Assembly: GCA_050013915.1 (NCBI GenBank)
Contig: JBEKEI010000011.1
Coordinates: 73 to 64,072 of the forward strand
DNA length: 64,000 bases
Direction of reading: 5' to 3'
Origin: Roseiarcus sp.
GTDB lineage: Bacteria > Pseudomonadota > Alphaproteobacteria > Rhizobiales > Beijerinckiaceae
A program made the translations under genes and the position numbers. Shown here piece by piece: positions 46,684-54,539 of the stretch. Under the pieces are notes generated by a model. That model was not told the DNA's origin. It was given only the letters and a program-made list of their open reading frames with translations, and ran no database searches. Within the stretch, counting starts at the first letter, position 1. Every line of letters starts with the position of its first letter.

Positions 46684-47646
46684 ATGCCCAATCTGCTGTG
46701 GCTCCAGGGCGGAGCGTGCTCCGGCAACACCATGTCGTTCCTCAACGCCGAGGAGCCGAGCGCCTGCGACCTCGTCACGGATTTCGGGATCAACGTGCTC
46801 TGGCATCCCTCGCTCGGCATGGAGCTCGGCGACAACCTGCAGAAGATGCTCAAGGGGCTCGTCGCCGGCGAGATGCCGCTCGACATCTTTGTCTTCGAGG
46901 GCACCGTCGTCAACGCGCCGGACGGGACCGGCGAATGGAATCGCTTCGCCGGCCGGCCGATGAAGGCCTGGGTCGCCGATCTCGCCAAGGTCGCCAGCTA
47001 CACCGTCGCGATCGGCGATTGCGCGACCTGGGGCGGCATTCCGGCCACCGCGCCCAACCCTTCGGAGAGCCAGGGCCTCCAGTTCCTCAAGCGCGCGCAC
47101 GGCGGATTCCTCGGCAAGGACTACCGGTCGAAGGCCGGTCTGCCCGCGATCAACGTCCCGGGCTGCCCGGCGCACCCCGACTGGATCACCCAGATCGTCG
47201 TCGCGGTCGCCACCGGGCGCGGCGCCGATCTCTCGCTCGACGAGCTGCAACGTCCCAAGACGTTCTTCACGAGCTTCACCCAGACCGGTTGCACCCGCAA
47301 CATGCATTTCGCCTACAAGGTTTCGGCGACCGAGTTCGGCCAGAGAAAGGGTTGCCTGTTCTACGACCTGGGATGCCGCGGGCCGATGACCCATTCCCCG
47401 TGCAATCGCATCCTGTGGAACCGCCAATCCTCGAAGACCCGCGCCGGCATGCCGTGCCTCGGCTGCACGGAGCCGGAATTCCCGTTCTCCGAACTGCTGC
47501 CGGGCACGGTGTTCAAGACCCAGACGGTGATGGGGATTCCCAAGGACATGCCGTCGGGCGTCGACAAGGCCGGCTACGTCAAATTGACTGCAGCGGCGAA
47601 GGCGGCGTCGCCCGCCTGGGCCGAAGAGGACATTTTCGTCGTCTGA
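46684..47646 (+). CDS. hupS: [NiFe]-hydrogenase small subunit, no Tat leader (group 2a-like)
   Basis: GGGAGGA-N4-ATG. MPNLLWLQGGACSGNTMSFLNAEEP...GDCATWGG...VPGCPAHPDW...GCLFYDLGCRGP...PCLGCTEPEFPF. Confidence 0.9.
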   Translation: MPNLLWLQGGACSGNTMSFLNAEEPSACDLVTDFGINVLWHPSLGMELGDNLQKMLKGLVAGEMPLDIFVFEGTVVNAPDGTGEWNRFAGRPMKAWVADLAKVASYTVAIGDCATWGGIPATAPNPSESQGLQFLKRAHGGFLGKDYRSKAGLPAINVPGCPAHPDWITQIVVAVATGRGADLSLDELQRPKTFFTSFTQTGCTRNMHFAYKVSATEFGQRKGCLFYDLGCRGPMTHSPCNRILWNRQSSKTRAGMPCLGCTEPEFPFSELLPGTVFKTQTVMGIPKDMPSGVDKAGYVKLTAAAKAASPAWAEEDIFVV

Positions 47647-47703
47647 CCATCGTCCATCCCAAGCGAACTCCCGCAGCAACTCTCCAAGGCGAGGACAATA
47701 TCC

Positions 47704-49302
47704 ATGGGCGCCGCTGTTCAAACGCTCGACATCTCACCCGTCGGCCGCGTCGAAGGCGATCTCGACGTTCGCGTGGAGATCGAAGACGGGGTCATCACCA
47801 ACGCCTGGACCCAGGCGGAGCTGTTTCGCGGCTTCGAGGTGATCCTGCGCGACAAGGATCCGCAGGCCGGGCTCGTCGTGACGCCGCGCGCCTGCGGCAT
47901 TTGCGGCGCGTCCCATCTGACCTGCGCGGCCTGGGCGCTCGACACGGCCTGGCAGACGACGGTGCCGCGCAACGCGATTCTGGCGAGAAATCTCGGCCAG
48001 ATCGTCGAGAGCCTGCAGAGCATTCCGCGCCATCACTACGGACTGTTCATGATCGACTATACGAACAAGAACTACTCGAAATCGAAATTTTACGAGGAAG
48101 CGGTGAAGCGCTGGTCGCCGTTCACCGGCGCCAATTACGAGATCGGGGTCACCATCTCGGGCAAGCCGGTCGAAATCTACGCGCTCCTCGGCGGCCAGTG
48201 GCCGCATTCCAGCTACATGGTGCCGGGCGGGGTGATGTGCGCGCCGACGCTGACCGACGTCACCCGGGCCTGGTCGATCCTCGAATATTTCCGGCGGGAG
48301 TGGATGGAGAGGGTCTGGCTCGGCTGCTCGCTCGAGCGCTACGAGGAGATCAAGTCCCACGACGACCTGATGGCCTGGATCGACGAACGGCCGGAGCATG
48401 CCAATTCCGATCTCGGCCTCTACTGGCGCATGAGCATGGACATCGGCGCCCACAAATTCGGGAAGGGCCACGGCAGGTTCATCAGCTGGGGCTATCTGCC
48501 CCATGAGGACAAATACAACAAGCCGACGATCGACGGCCGCAACGCCGCCCTCATCATGAAGAGCGGGGTCTATGACGGCGCCGCCGACTCGCACAAGCTG
48601 ATGGATCAGAAATTCACCCGCGAAGACACGCTGCACGCCTGGTATGACGAGCCCGGCGGCAAGCATCCGTTCGATCGCACCACGACGCCGACGCGCAAGA
48701 ACACGGTCGACATGGCGGGCAAGTATTCCTGGTCGACCGCCGTCCGCCACGAGGAGAACGGGCGGCTCGAGGCGGGGCCGCTGGCGCGGCAGATGGTGGC
48801 GGGCGGCAAGCACGGCGAATCCTGGCAGCATCACGATCCGCTTGTCCTCGACATGTACAAGAAGATGGGCGGCGCCAGCGTCCTGCTGCGCCACTTCGCC
48901 CGCATGCACGAGGGCGTGAAGCTCTATCGACAGGCGGAGCGCGCCTTGCGCGAGTTCAGGCTGAACGACCCCTGGTACGTCAAGCCGACCGAAAAGGACG
49001 GACGGGGCTGGGGCGCCACCGAAGCGATCCGCGGCGCGCTCTGCCACTGGATCGAAGTGCAGGGCGGCAAGATCAAGAACTATCAGATCGTCGCGCCCAC
49101 GACCTGGAACGTCGGGCCCCGATCGGGGGATGGCGTTCGCGGTCCGATGGAGGAAGCGCTCATTGGCGCGCCGATCGCCGATCCCCATGATCCCGTCGAG
49201 GTCGGCCATGTCTGCCGCTCCTACGACTCCTGCCTCGTCTGCACGGTGCACGCGCATGACGCCAGGACCGGCGAAGAGCTTGCGCGTTTTCGGACCGCGT
49301 GA
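47704..49302 (+). CDS. hupL: [NiFe]-hydrogenase large subunit (group 2a-like)
   Basis: 532 aa. LDISPVGRVEGDLDVRV, N-terminal Ni-Fe ligand pair RACGICGASH, C-terminal pair SYDSCLVCTVH, then a 16-aa cleavable tail. Confidence 0.9.
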   Translation: MGAAVQTLDISPVGRVEGDLDVRVEIEDGVITNAWTQAELFRGFEVILRDKDPQAGLVVTPRACGICGASHLTCAAWALDTAWQTTVPRNAILARNLGQIVESLQSIPRHHYGLFMIDYTNKNYSKSKFYEEAVKRWSPFTGANYEIGVTISGKPVEIYALLGGQWPHSSYMVPGGVMCAPTLTDVTRAWSILEYFRREWMERVWLGCSLERYEEIKSHDDLMAWIDERPEHANSDLGLYWRMSMDIGAHKFGKGHGRFISWGYLPHEDKYNKPTIDGRNAALIMKSGVYDGAADSHKLMDQKFTREDTLHAWYDEPGGKHPFDRTTTPTRKNTVDMAGKYSWSTAVRHEENGRLEAGPLARQMVAGGKHGESWQHHDPLVLDMYKKMGGASVLLRHFARMHEGVKLYRQAERALREFRLNDPWYVKPTEKDGRGWGATEAIRGALCHWIEVQGGKIKNYQIVAPTTWNVGPRSGDGVRGPMEEALIGAPIADPHDPVEVGHVCRSYDSCLVCTVHAHDARTGEELARFRTA

Positions 49303-49362
49303 GCGCGGTTCGAGGCCGGGCGACGGCGGTCCGCGGAATGAGATAGGCTCGCGACCGGGAGC

Positions 49363-49707
49363 ATGGCAGGATCCTCGTGCGAAAGGCGAGCGCCCATGAA
49401 CGGCGGCAGGGAAGGACAGCTCAAGGCGATCGCGACCCTGTTGGCGCGCGGCCTGGCCACCGAGGTCGAGCCCTTTCCGGAGACAGAGAAGGAATTCCTG
49501 ACGATCCTGACCGAACTGCGCCAGCTCGAGCCGGACGACCTCGAGGGAAAGCTCGTCGTCGGCGGCTTCCTCGACCACCCCTACGGTCCCGAGAAGCAGC
49601 GATGCATGGAATGCATGTACTATCTGGTGCATCGCCGGTGGTGCGATCTGCCGGAACTGGCGGTGCCCGTCGAACCCGACTGGTGGTGTCGTCTTTGGCG
49701 CATCTGA
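49363..49707 (+). CDS. small Cys-rich protein, HiPIP-like CxxC-x9-C-x14-C motif (copy 1)
   Basis: Ends ...QRCMECMYYLVHRRWCDLPELAVPVEPDWWCRLWRI. Start is ATG 49363 or ATG 49396. No signal peptide. Confidence 0.55.
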   Translation: MAGSSCERRAPMNGGREGQLKAIATLLARGLATEVEPFPETEKEFLTILTELRQLEPDDLEGKLVVGGFLDHPYGPEKQRCMECMYYLVHRRWCDLPELAVPVEPDWWCRLWRI

Positions 49708-49754
49708 CGCCGTCGGGGCGGCGACGAACCGGCGTCGGGAGGCAGGAGTTCAGC

Positions 49755-49982
49755 GTGAGCGATCCAGCCAGCCAAGCCATCGTCGATCGTCTCCGGGCGG
49801 CCGCGGGCATGAAGGAAAGGGCCGTCATCGCGGAACTGGCGCACGCGCCCGTCGAGTCCGATGGGATCAGTAGGTCCTGCGAGAACTGCATCTATTTTCT
49901 TGCCCGCCGCAGCTGGTGCGATTTGCCGGAACTCGACATTCCGGTCGATCCCGAATGGTACTGCGCGCTATGGCGGGTCTGA
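49755..49982 (+). CDS. small Cys-rich protein, HiPIP-like motif (copy 2)
   Basis: AGGAG-N6-GTG 49755. Ends ...SRSCENCIYFLARRSWCDLPELDIPVDPEWYCALWRV. A clear paralog of the preceding ORF. Confidence 0.55.
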   Translation: MSDPASQAIVDRLRAAAGMKERAVIAELAHAPVESDGISRSCENCIYFLARRSWCDLPELDIPVDPEWYCALWRV

Positions 49983-50062
49983 CCCGGGGGCGGACGCCGC
50001 CATCGCCGCCGCAGGAGGCCCGAAGGCCCGCGTTTCCCCGGGCCGGATTCCGGGAGCAAGGA

Positions 50063-50551
50063 GTGATCGCCGTCATCGGGTGCGGAAATTCAAATCGCTG
50101 CGACGACGGCGTCGGCCCCGAGGTCGTGCGCGCCCTCAGGAAACGCGACTTCGGCGCCGGGATCGGGCGATTGCGGCTCATCGATGCCGGGACGGACGGG
50201 ATGGCGGCGATGTTCGCGGCGCGCGGTTGCGCCACGCTGATCATCGTCGACGCCTGCCGCTCCGGGGCGGAAGCCGGGGCGATCTTCGAGGTCCCCGGAC
50301 ATGAACTCGCGCAGAGCTACGCGCCCTCGCTCACCCTGCACGATTTCCGTTGGGATCACGCACTGGATGCGGGGCGCAGGATTTTCCGCGAGGCCTTTCC
50401 GGCCGACGTGGTCGTGCTGCTCGTCGAGGCGGCGACGGTGGATTACGGGCTCGGCCTGTCGCCGGCCGCCGCCGCCGCCGCGGCGATGGTCGTGCGCCGC
50501 ATCGAAACGTTGATCGCGGCGCGCCTGCAATCAGAGGCGGCCGGCTCATGA
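50063..50551 (+). CDS. hupD: hydrogenase maturation endopeptidase (HupD/HybD family)
   Basis: GTG 50063 follows GGAGCAAGGAG. VIAVIGCGNSNRCDDGVGPEVVRAL...LIIVDA...LHDF. Confidence 0.8.
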   Translation: MIAVIGCGNSNRCDDGVGPEVVRALRKRDFGAGIGRLRLIDAGTDGMAAMFAARGCATLIIVDACRSGAEAGAIFEVPGHELAQSYAPSLTLHDFRWDHALDAGRRIFREAFPADVVVLLVEAATVDYGLGLSPAAAAAAAMVVRRIETLIAARLQSEAAGS

Positions 50552-50868
50552 GCGCGCCCGCGACCGTCACCCTGAAGCGCGGCAGCCTCTACCTGAGCCG
50601 CGATGTCGCCGATCGCTATTTGGCGGGGCTCGAGGCGATCGTCCTGCTGCGTCGGGGCGACGACCTCGCGATCCTCCCGGTGCGGCATGCGGCGGCGGGC
50701 GGGTCCTTCCTCAAGCGTCGCAACAGCGCCGGCGACCGCGTCGTTCACGCGCCGGAATTCTTTCGCGCGCATGACGTCGGCGACGACATCGAACGCGAAC
50801 TCGCCGTCTCATGGTCGAGGGAAGCGGCCGGGCTGGTCGCGACAGGCGCCTTCGCTTCGCAAAGATAG
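50548..50868 (+). CDS. hypothetical 106-aa protein coupled to the endopeptidase gene
   Basis: The ATG overlaps the hupD stop (ATGA). MSAPATVTLKRGSLYLSRDVADRYLAGLEAIVLLRRGDDLAILPV... No family recognised. Confidence 0.5.
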   Translation: MSAPATVTLKRGSLYLSRDVADRYLAGLEAIVLLRRGDDLAILPVRHAAAGGSFLKRRNSAGDRVVHAPEFFRAHDVGDDIERELAVSWSREAAGLVATGAFASQR

Positions 50869-50971
50869 TTTGCAATTCGCATAAGCGTTAGACATTCGAT
50901 CGGCGTTGCGTTAGCTTTTGCCAAAACATGCGTCCCTGATGTCGGAACCAGGTCGCACGGGAGGATGCGCA

Positions 50972-52018
50972 ATGGCGGGTGATCGCGTTGCGGACGAGAT
51001 CCGGGCCGCGCTGGCCGCAGCCGAGGACGAGAGCGCCGCCGCGTCCGAGCGCGCCGAAATGCTGATGGAAATCGCGATGGGTCTCCAGCAACGGCCGAAG
51101 TCGGCCGATCAGCTGCGCTCGGCGGTCGCCCTCTACGACAGGGCGCTGGCGACCTGCCCGGAAGACGAGCCCCTGCTGCGCGCCCGGATCATGGCGAGGA
51201 AGGGGACCGCGCTGCAGGCCATCCCCGAACAGGGCACGAGCGCGCTCGAGGCGGCGCGCGCGGCCTACGAGCAGGCGATGCCGACCCTTTCGAAAGCAGG
51301 CCGGGCGGAAGAACTCGCCGAGGCCGAGATGAATCTGGGGGTGGTCATCCAGAACCTCTGCGGCGCCGGCCGGGCGCGCGTCACGGATGCGATCTCGGCC
51401 TATCAACGCGCGCTGCGCACTTTCGATCGCGACCGCCATCCCAGCGAATTCGCGATCCTGCAGAACAATCTCGCGACGGCGTTTCTGTCGATTCCCTTCG
51501 CGGACGAACGCGGCAGGATGCGCGAGGCGCTCGCGGTGCAGGCGTTCGAGGAGGGGCTGCGGGTCGTCAATCTCGTCGATCATCCGCAGGAATATGCGAT
51601 GCTGCAGAACAATCTCGGCAATGCGCTGCAATATGCGTCGTCCGGCCATGTCGCGGCGAACAATCTGCGTGCGCTCGAAGCCTATCACGAGGCGCTGAGA
51701 GTGCGGACGCGCGAATCCTCGCCGCTCGAATTCGCCAATACGATTTCCAACATGGCCAATTGCCTGTGGAACCTGCCGGACGAGCCGGGCCGCCCCGAGC
51801 ATGGCAATCGGGTCAATCTGGCGAGGGCCAGGGCGGCCTATGCCGAGGCGCGCGCGATATTCGTGGCGCATGGCGAAACCGACAAGGCGCGCATCGTCGG
51901 CGAAGCGCTCGATCAGATCGGACGCGAAATTCTCGCGCTGCCGGCGACCGACGCGATCGGCGCGCCGGGCCGAGCGGGTCCCGGCGCCGGTGCGGAGCGG
52001 AGCGCAGCGGCGCCATGA
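50972..52018 (+). CDS. TPR-like helical-repeat protein
   Basis: GGGAGGA precedes ATG 50972. Repeated ...A..AY..AL......P.E.A.LQNNLG.A... units. Confidence 0.6.
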   Translation: MAGDRVADEIRAALAAAEDESAAASERAEMLMEIAMGLQQRPKSADQLRSAVALYDRALATCPEDEPLLRARIMARKGTALQAIPEQGTSALEAARAAYEQAMPTLSKAGRAEELAEAEMNLGVVIQNLCGAGRARVTDAISAYQRALRTFDRDRHPSEFAILQNNLATAFLSIPFADERGRMREALAVQAFEEGLRVVNLVDHPQEYAMLQNNLGNALQYASSGHVAANNLRALEAYHEALRVRTRESSPLEFANTISNMANCLWNLPDEPGRPEHGNRVNLARARAAYAEARAIFVAHGETDKARIVGEALDQIGREILALPATDAIGAPGRAGPGAGAERSAAAP

Positions 52019-52221
52019 CCGGTCTGTCGCCCGGCGCCGCGCTGGCGGCCTTCGTCCTCGGCCTGGCCGCCTCGGTCGTCGGGGGCGCGCTCGGCGGCGT
52101 CGCGATCGGCGGCAAGGCGCTCGGCAACCAGCTCGCCGGTGCGATGGGCGGATTTTTCGGGCCGCTGGCCGGCGCCGGCGGACTCGTCGTCGGCCTCGTC
52201 GTACTGGCGATCATCCGCTGA
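52015..52221 (+). CDS. 68-aa glycine-zipper membrane protein
   Basis: The ATG overlaps the TPR stop (ATGA). MTGLSPGAALAAFVLGLAASVVGGALGGVAIGGKALGNQLAGAMGGFFGPLAGAGGLVVGLVVLAIIR. Confidence 0.5.
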   Translation: MTGLSPGAALAAFVLGLAASVVGGALGGVAIGGKALGNQLAGAMGGFFGPLAGAGGLVVGLVVLAIIR

Positions 52222-52233
52222 GGAGCCTCCCCG

Positions 52234-52458
52234 ATGTGGGAAATGACCAAGAACACGATCGGCCTCTTCTTCGCCGGCAAGCTGTTCGCCGAACCCCGCA
52301 TGGTCTGTCGGCAACTCGCGATCGGCGTTCTGACCACAGCGGTGGTTCTGATCGGCCTCGCCGAAGCCGGCGCGCCGTACTGGCTCGCCGCGCTGGTCGC
52401 CGGGCTGATCGGCGGCGCGATGCAGCCGTACCTCTTCAAGGATCTCCGCTACCGTTGA
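52234..52458 (+). CDS. 74-aa two-TM membrane protein
   Basis: MWEMTKNTIGLFFAGKLF...LAIGVLTTAVVLIGLAEAGAPYWLAALVAGLIGGAM. Confidence 0.5.
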   Translation: MWEMTKNTIGLFFAGKLFAEPRMVCRQLAIGVLTTAVVLIGLAEAGAPYWLAALVAGLIGGAMQPYLFKDLRYR

Positions 52459-52465
52459 GGCCACG

Positions 52466-53335
52466 ATGAACGCGTTCGACATGGCGGCGACGCAGCGCAA
52501 CGATCTTGCCGGATTCGTCGGCGACATCGAGCGGCTCGAGGCGATCTTCGACAGCTGGGACGAGACGCCGCGCGCCGTCGTGCAAGCCTACCGCCGCTCG
52601 ATCGAGGCGTTGAACGGCGAGGCGTTGCGGCGGCTGGTCCGCGCGCTCAAGTCCGACACGGCGGCGCTCGCCGCGATGAAATCGGCGGTCGCCGACGAAG
52701 TCGTCTACGCGGTTCTGCGAAGACACGACATCGTCAAGCCCAGTCTCAGCGAGCGGGTGGAGGCCGCGCTCGACGGCGTTCGCCCCATGCTCGCCTCTCA
52801 CGGCGGCGACGTCGAACTGGTGAGGGTCGCGCCGCCAGCGATCGAGGTGCGGTTCACCGGCGCCTGCGACGGCTGCCCGGCCTCGGCGCTGACGTTCCAC
52901 GCCGGCGTCAAGAAGGCCGTCCAGGACTCCTGCCCGGAGATCGCCGAGATCCGTCAGGTCAAGGGTCTCGGCGGCGCCAGCGAAGGGAGCGTCCGCTTCA
53001 TCAGCCCGTTCGCGCTCGGGGCGGAGGGCGACTGGCTGTTTGCGGCGACCCTGTCCGACATCCCGGAACGCGGCGTTCGCGCCGTTACGCTCGGCGGCGA
53101 GGCCCTGCTGCTGTCGCGCCAGGGCGCGGCGGTCACCTGTTTCCAGAACGCCTGCGCGCACCTGGGCCTCGCGCTCGACGGCGGCGAGGTCGCCGATGGC
53201 GTGCTGACCTGCCCTCATCACGACTTTCGTTATGATCTGGCGAGCGGGGAATGCCTGACCGCGCCGCAGGTGCAGTTGCAGTCGCATGCCGTGCGCGTCG
53301 TCGGCCGCCGCGTCGAAGTGAGGCTCTCGAAATAA
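52466..53335 (+). CDS. NifU-C-terminal-domain plus Rieske [2Fe-2S] fusion protein (HucE/HhyE-like)
   Basis: 289 aa. LASHGGDVELV...GACDGCPAS (NifU-like), then CAHLG...CPHHDF (Rieske CxH...CxxH). Confidence 0.8.
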   Translation: MNAFDMAATQRNDLAGFVGDIERLEAIFDSWDETPRAVVQAYRRSIEALNGEALRRLVRALKSDTAALAAMKSAVADEVVYAVLRRHDIVKPSLSERVEAALDGVRPMLASHGGDVELVRVAPPAIEVRFTGACDGCPASALTFHAGVKKAVQDSCPEIAEIRQVKGLGGASEGSVRFISPFALGAEGDWLFAATLSDIPERGVRAVTLGGEALLLSRQGAAVTCFQNACAHLGLALDGGEVADGVLTCPHHDFRYDLASGECLTAPQVQLQSHAVRVVGRRVEVRLSK

Positions 53336-53336
53336 C

Positions 53337-54539
53337 ATGCGTGTCTCGCTCGCCCCCTCGCATCTGCGCGCGGTCCCGATCCGGGGCGGACCGGGCGCCG
53401 GCGCGCCGGCGCTGCTCGCCGCGGATGGCGCGCGCGTCCTGCTCGGCGGCAGCGTGGGGGAGGACGGCCTGGCGCGCCCGATCGCGCCCGCCGCCGCGAC
53501 GCTGTTCGGGCCGCGCGGCGCGGCTCTCGCAGGGCCCGACGGGCCGCTGTTCGTCTGCGACACCGGCCATCACCGGCTGCTGATGTGGCGGCGGATTCCC
53601 GATGCGGACAACACGCCCGCCGACCTCCTGATCGGCCAGCCGGACTTTTCCCGCGAAGGGCGCAATGGCAGGCGCGAGGTCGGGCCGGCGACGCTCAACG
53701 TCCCGACCGGCGTCAGCGCGGCCGAGGGCGCGCTCGCGATCGCCGACGCCTGGAATCATCGGGTGCTGATCTGGCGAAACCATCCCGACGCCGCGAACCG
53801 GCCCGCCGACGTCGTGCTCGGCCAGGCCGACTTCCGCTCCGGCGCCGCCAATCGCGGCCTCGACCGCGCGCGCGCCGACACGCTGAACTGGTGCTACGGC
53901 GTCGCGATCGCGCAGGGCAGGCTCATCGTCGCCGATACCGGCAACCGGCGCGTCCTCGTCTGGAACGCCATTCCGGAGACGAACGGCGCGCCGGCGGATC
54001 TCGTCCTCGGGCAGCGGGATTTCACCACCCGCGACGAGAACGCGGGCGAAGGCGCGGGCGCGCGCGGAATGCGCTGGCCGCACGGCCTCGCAGTCGCGAA
54101 CGACACGATCCTGGTCGCCGACGCGGGCGACAATCGCGTGATGGGCTGGCGGGGTTGGCCGCGGGCGAACGGCGCGCCGTGCCACTTCGTGCTGGGCCAG
54201 GCCGACATGACCGGGCTCGACCACAACCGCGGCGCCTATCACCCGACCGCGGGCGCGCTGAACATGCCCTATGGGCTCGGCGTGCAGGCTTCGCGCCTGA
54301 TCGTCGCCGACACCGCCAATTCGCGCCTGCTCGGCTTCGAACTGGCGGAGCTGGCGACCGGCGCGCCGGCCTCGCGGCTCGCCGCCCAGCGCGACTTCGG
54401 CGACAAGGGCGACAACCGCTGGTCCAACGCCGCCCGCGACAGCCTGTGCTGGCCCTATGGCGCGGCGGCCTGCGGCGCGACTCTGGCGATCGCCGACACC
54501 GGCAACAACCGCGTGCTCCTGTGGGAGGCCGCGCCATGA
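53337..54539 (+). CDS. NHL-repeat beta-propeller protein
   Basis: 400 aa with six repeats of the type IADTGNNRVLLW / VADTGNRRVLVW / IADAWNHRVLIW. Confidence 0.8.
   Translation: MRVSLAPSHLRAVPIRGGPGAGAPALLAADGARVLLGGSVGEDGLARPIAPAAATLFGPRGAALAGPDGPLFVCDTGHHRLLMWRRIPDADNTPADLLIGQPDFSREGRNGRREVGPATLNVPTGVSAAEGALAIADAWNHRVLIWRNHPDAANRPADVVLGQADFRSGAANRGLDRARADTLNWCYGVAIAQGRLIVADTGNRRVLVWNAIPETNGAPADLVLGQRDFTTRDENAGEGAGARGMRWPHGLAVANDTILVADAGDNRVMGWRGWPRANGAPCHFVLGQADMTGLDHNRGAYHPTAGALNMPYGLGVQASRLIVADTANSRLLGFELAELATGAPASRLAAQRDFGDKGDNRWSNAARDSLCWPYGAAACGATLAIADTGNNRVLLWEAAP

Noticed and set aside
46684-49302. Interpretation as a HupUV/HoxBC regulatory (H2-sensing, group 2b) hydrogenase, prompted by the adjacent NtrC-type regulator and the missing Tat leader.
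   Set aside because: The large subunit keeps a 16-residue C-terminal tail after the final His, and a dedicated endopeptidase gene follows. Sensor hydrogenases lack both. No HoxJ/HupT kinase is present, and the accessory genes are those of catalytic group 2a/1h enzymes. A classifier should still be run.
53585-54535. N-terminal extension of the hypF frame, giving an 1126-aa ORF.
   Set aside because: The extension is Arg-rich nonsense overlapping the well-supported NHL-repeat gene. HypF homology (acylphosphatase domain) starts right after ATG 54536, which overlaps the NHL stop.
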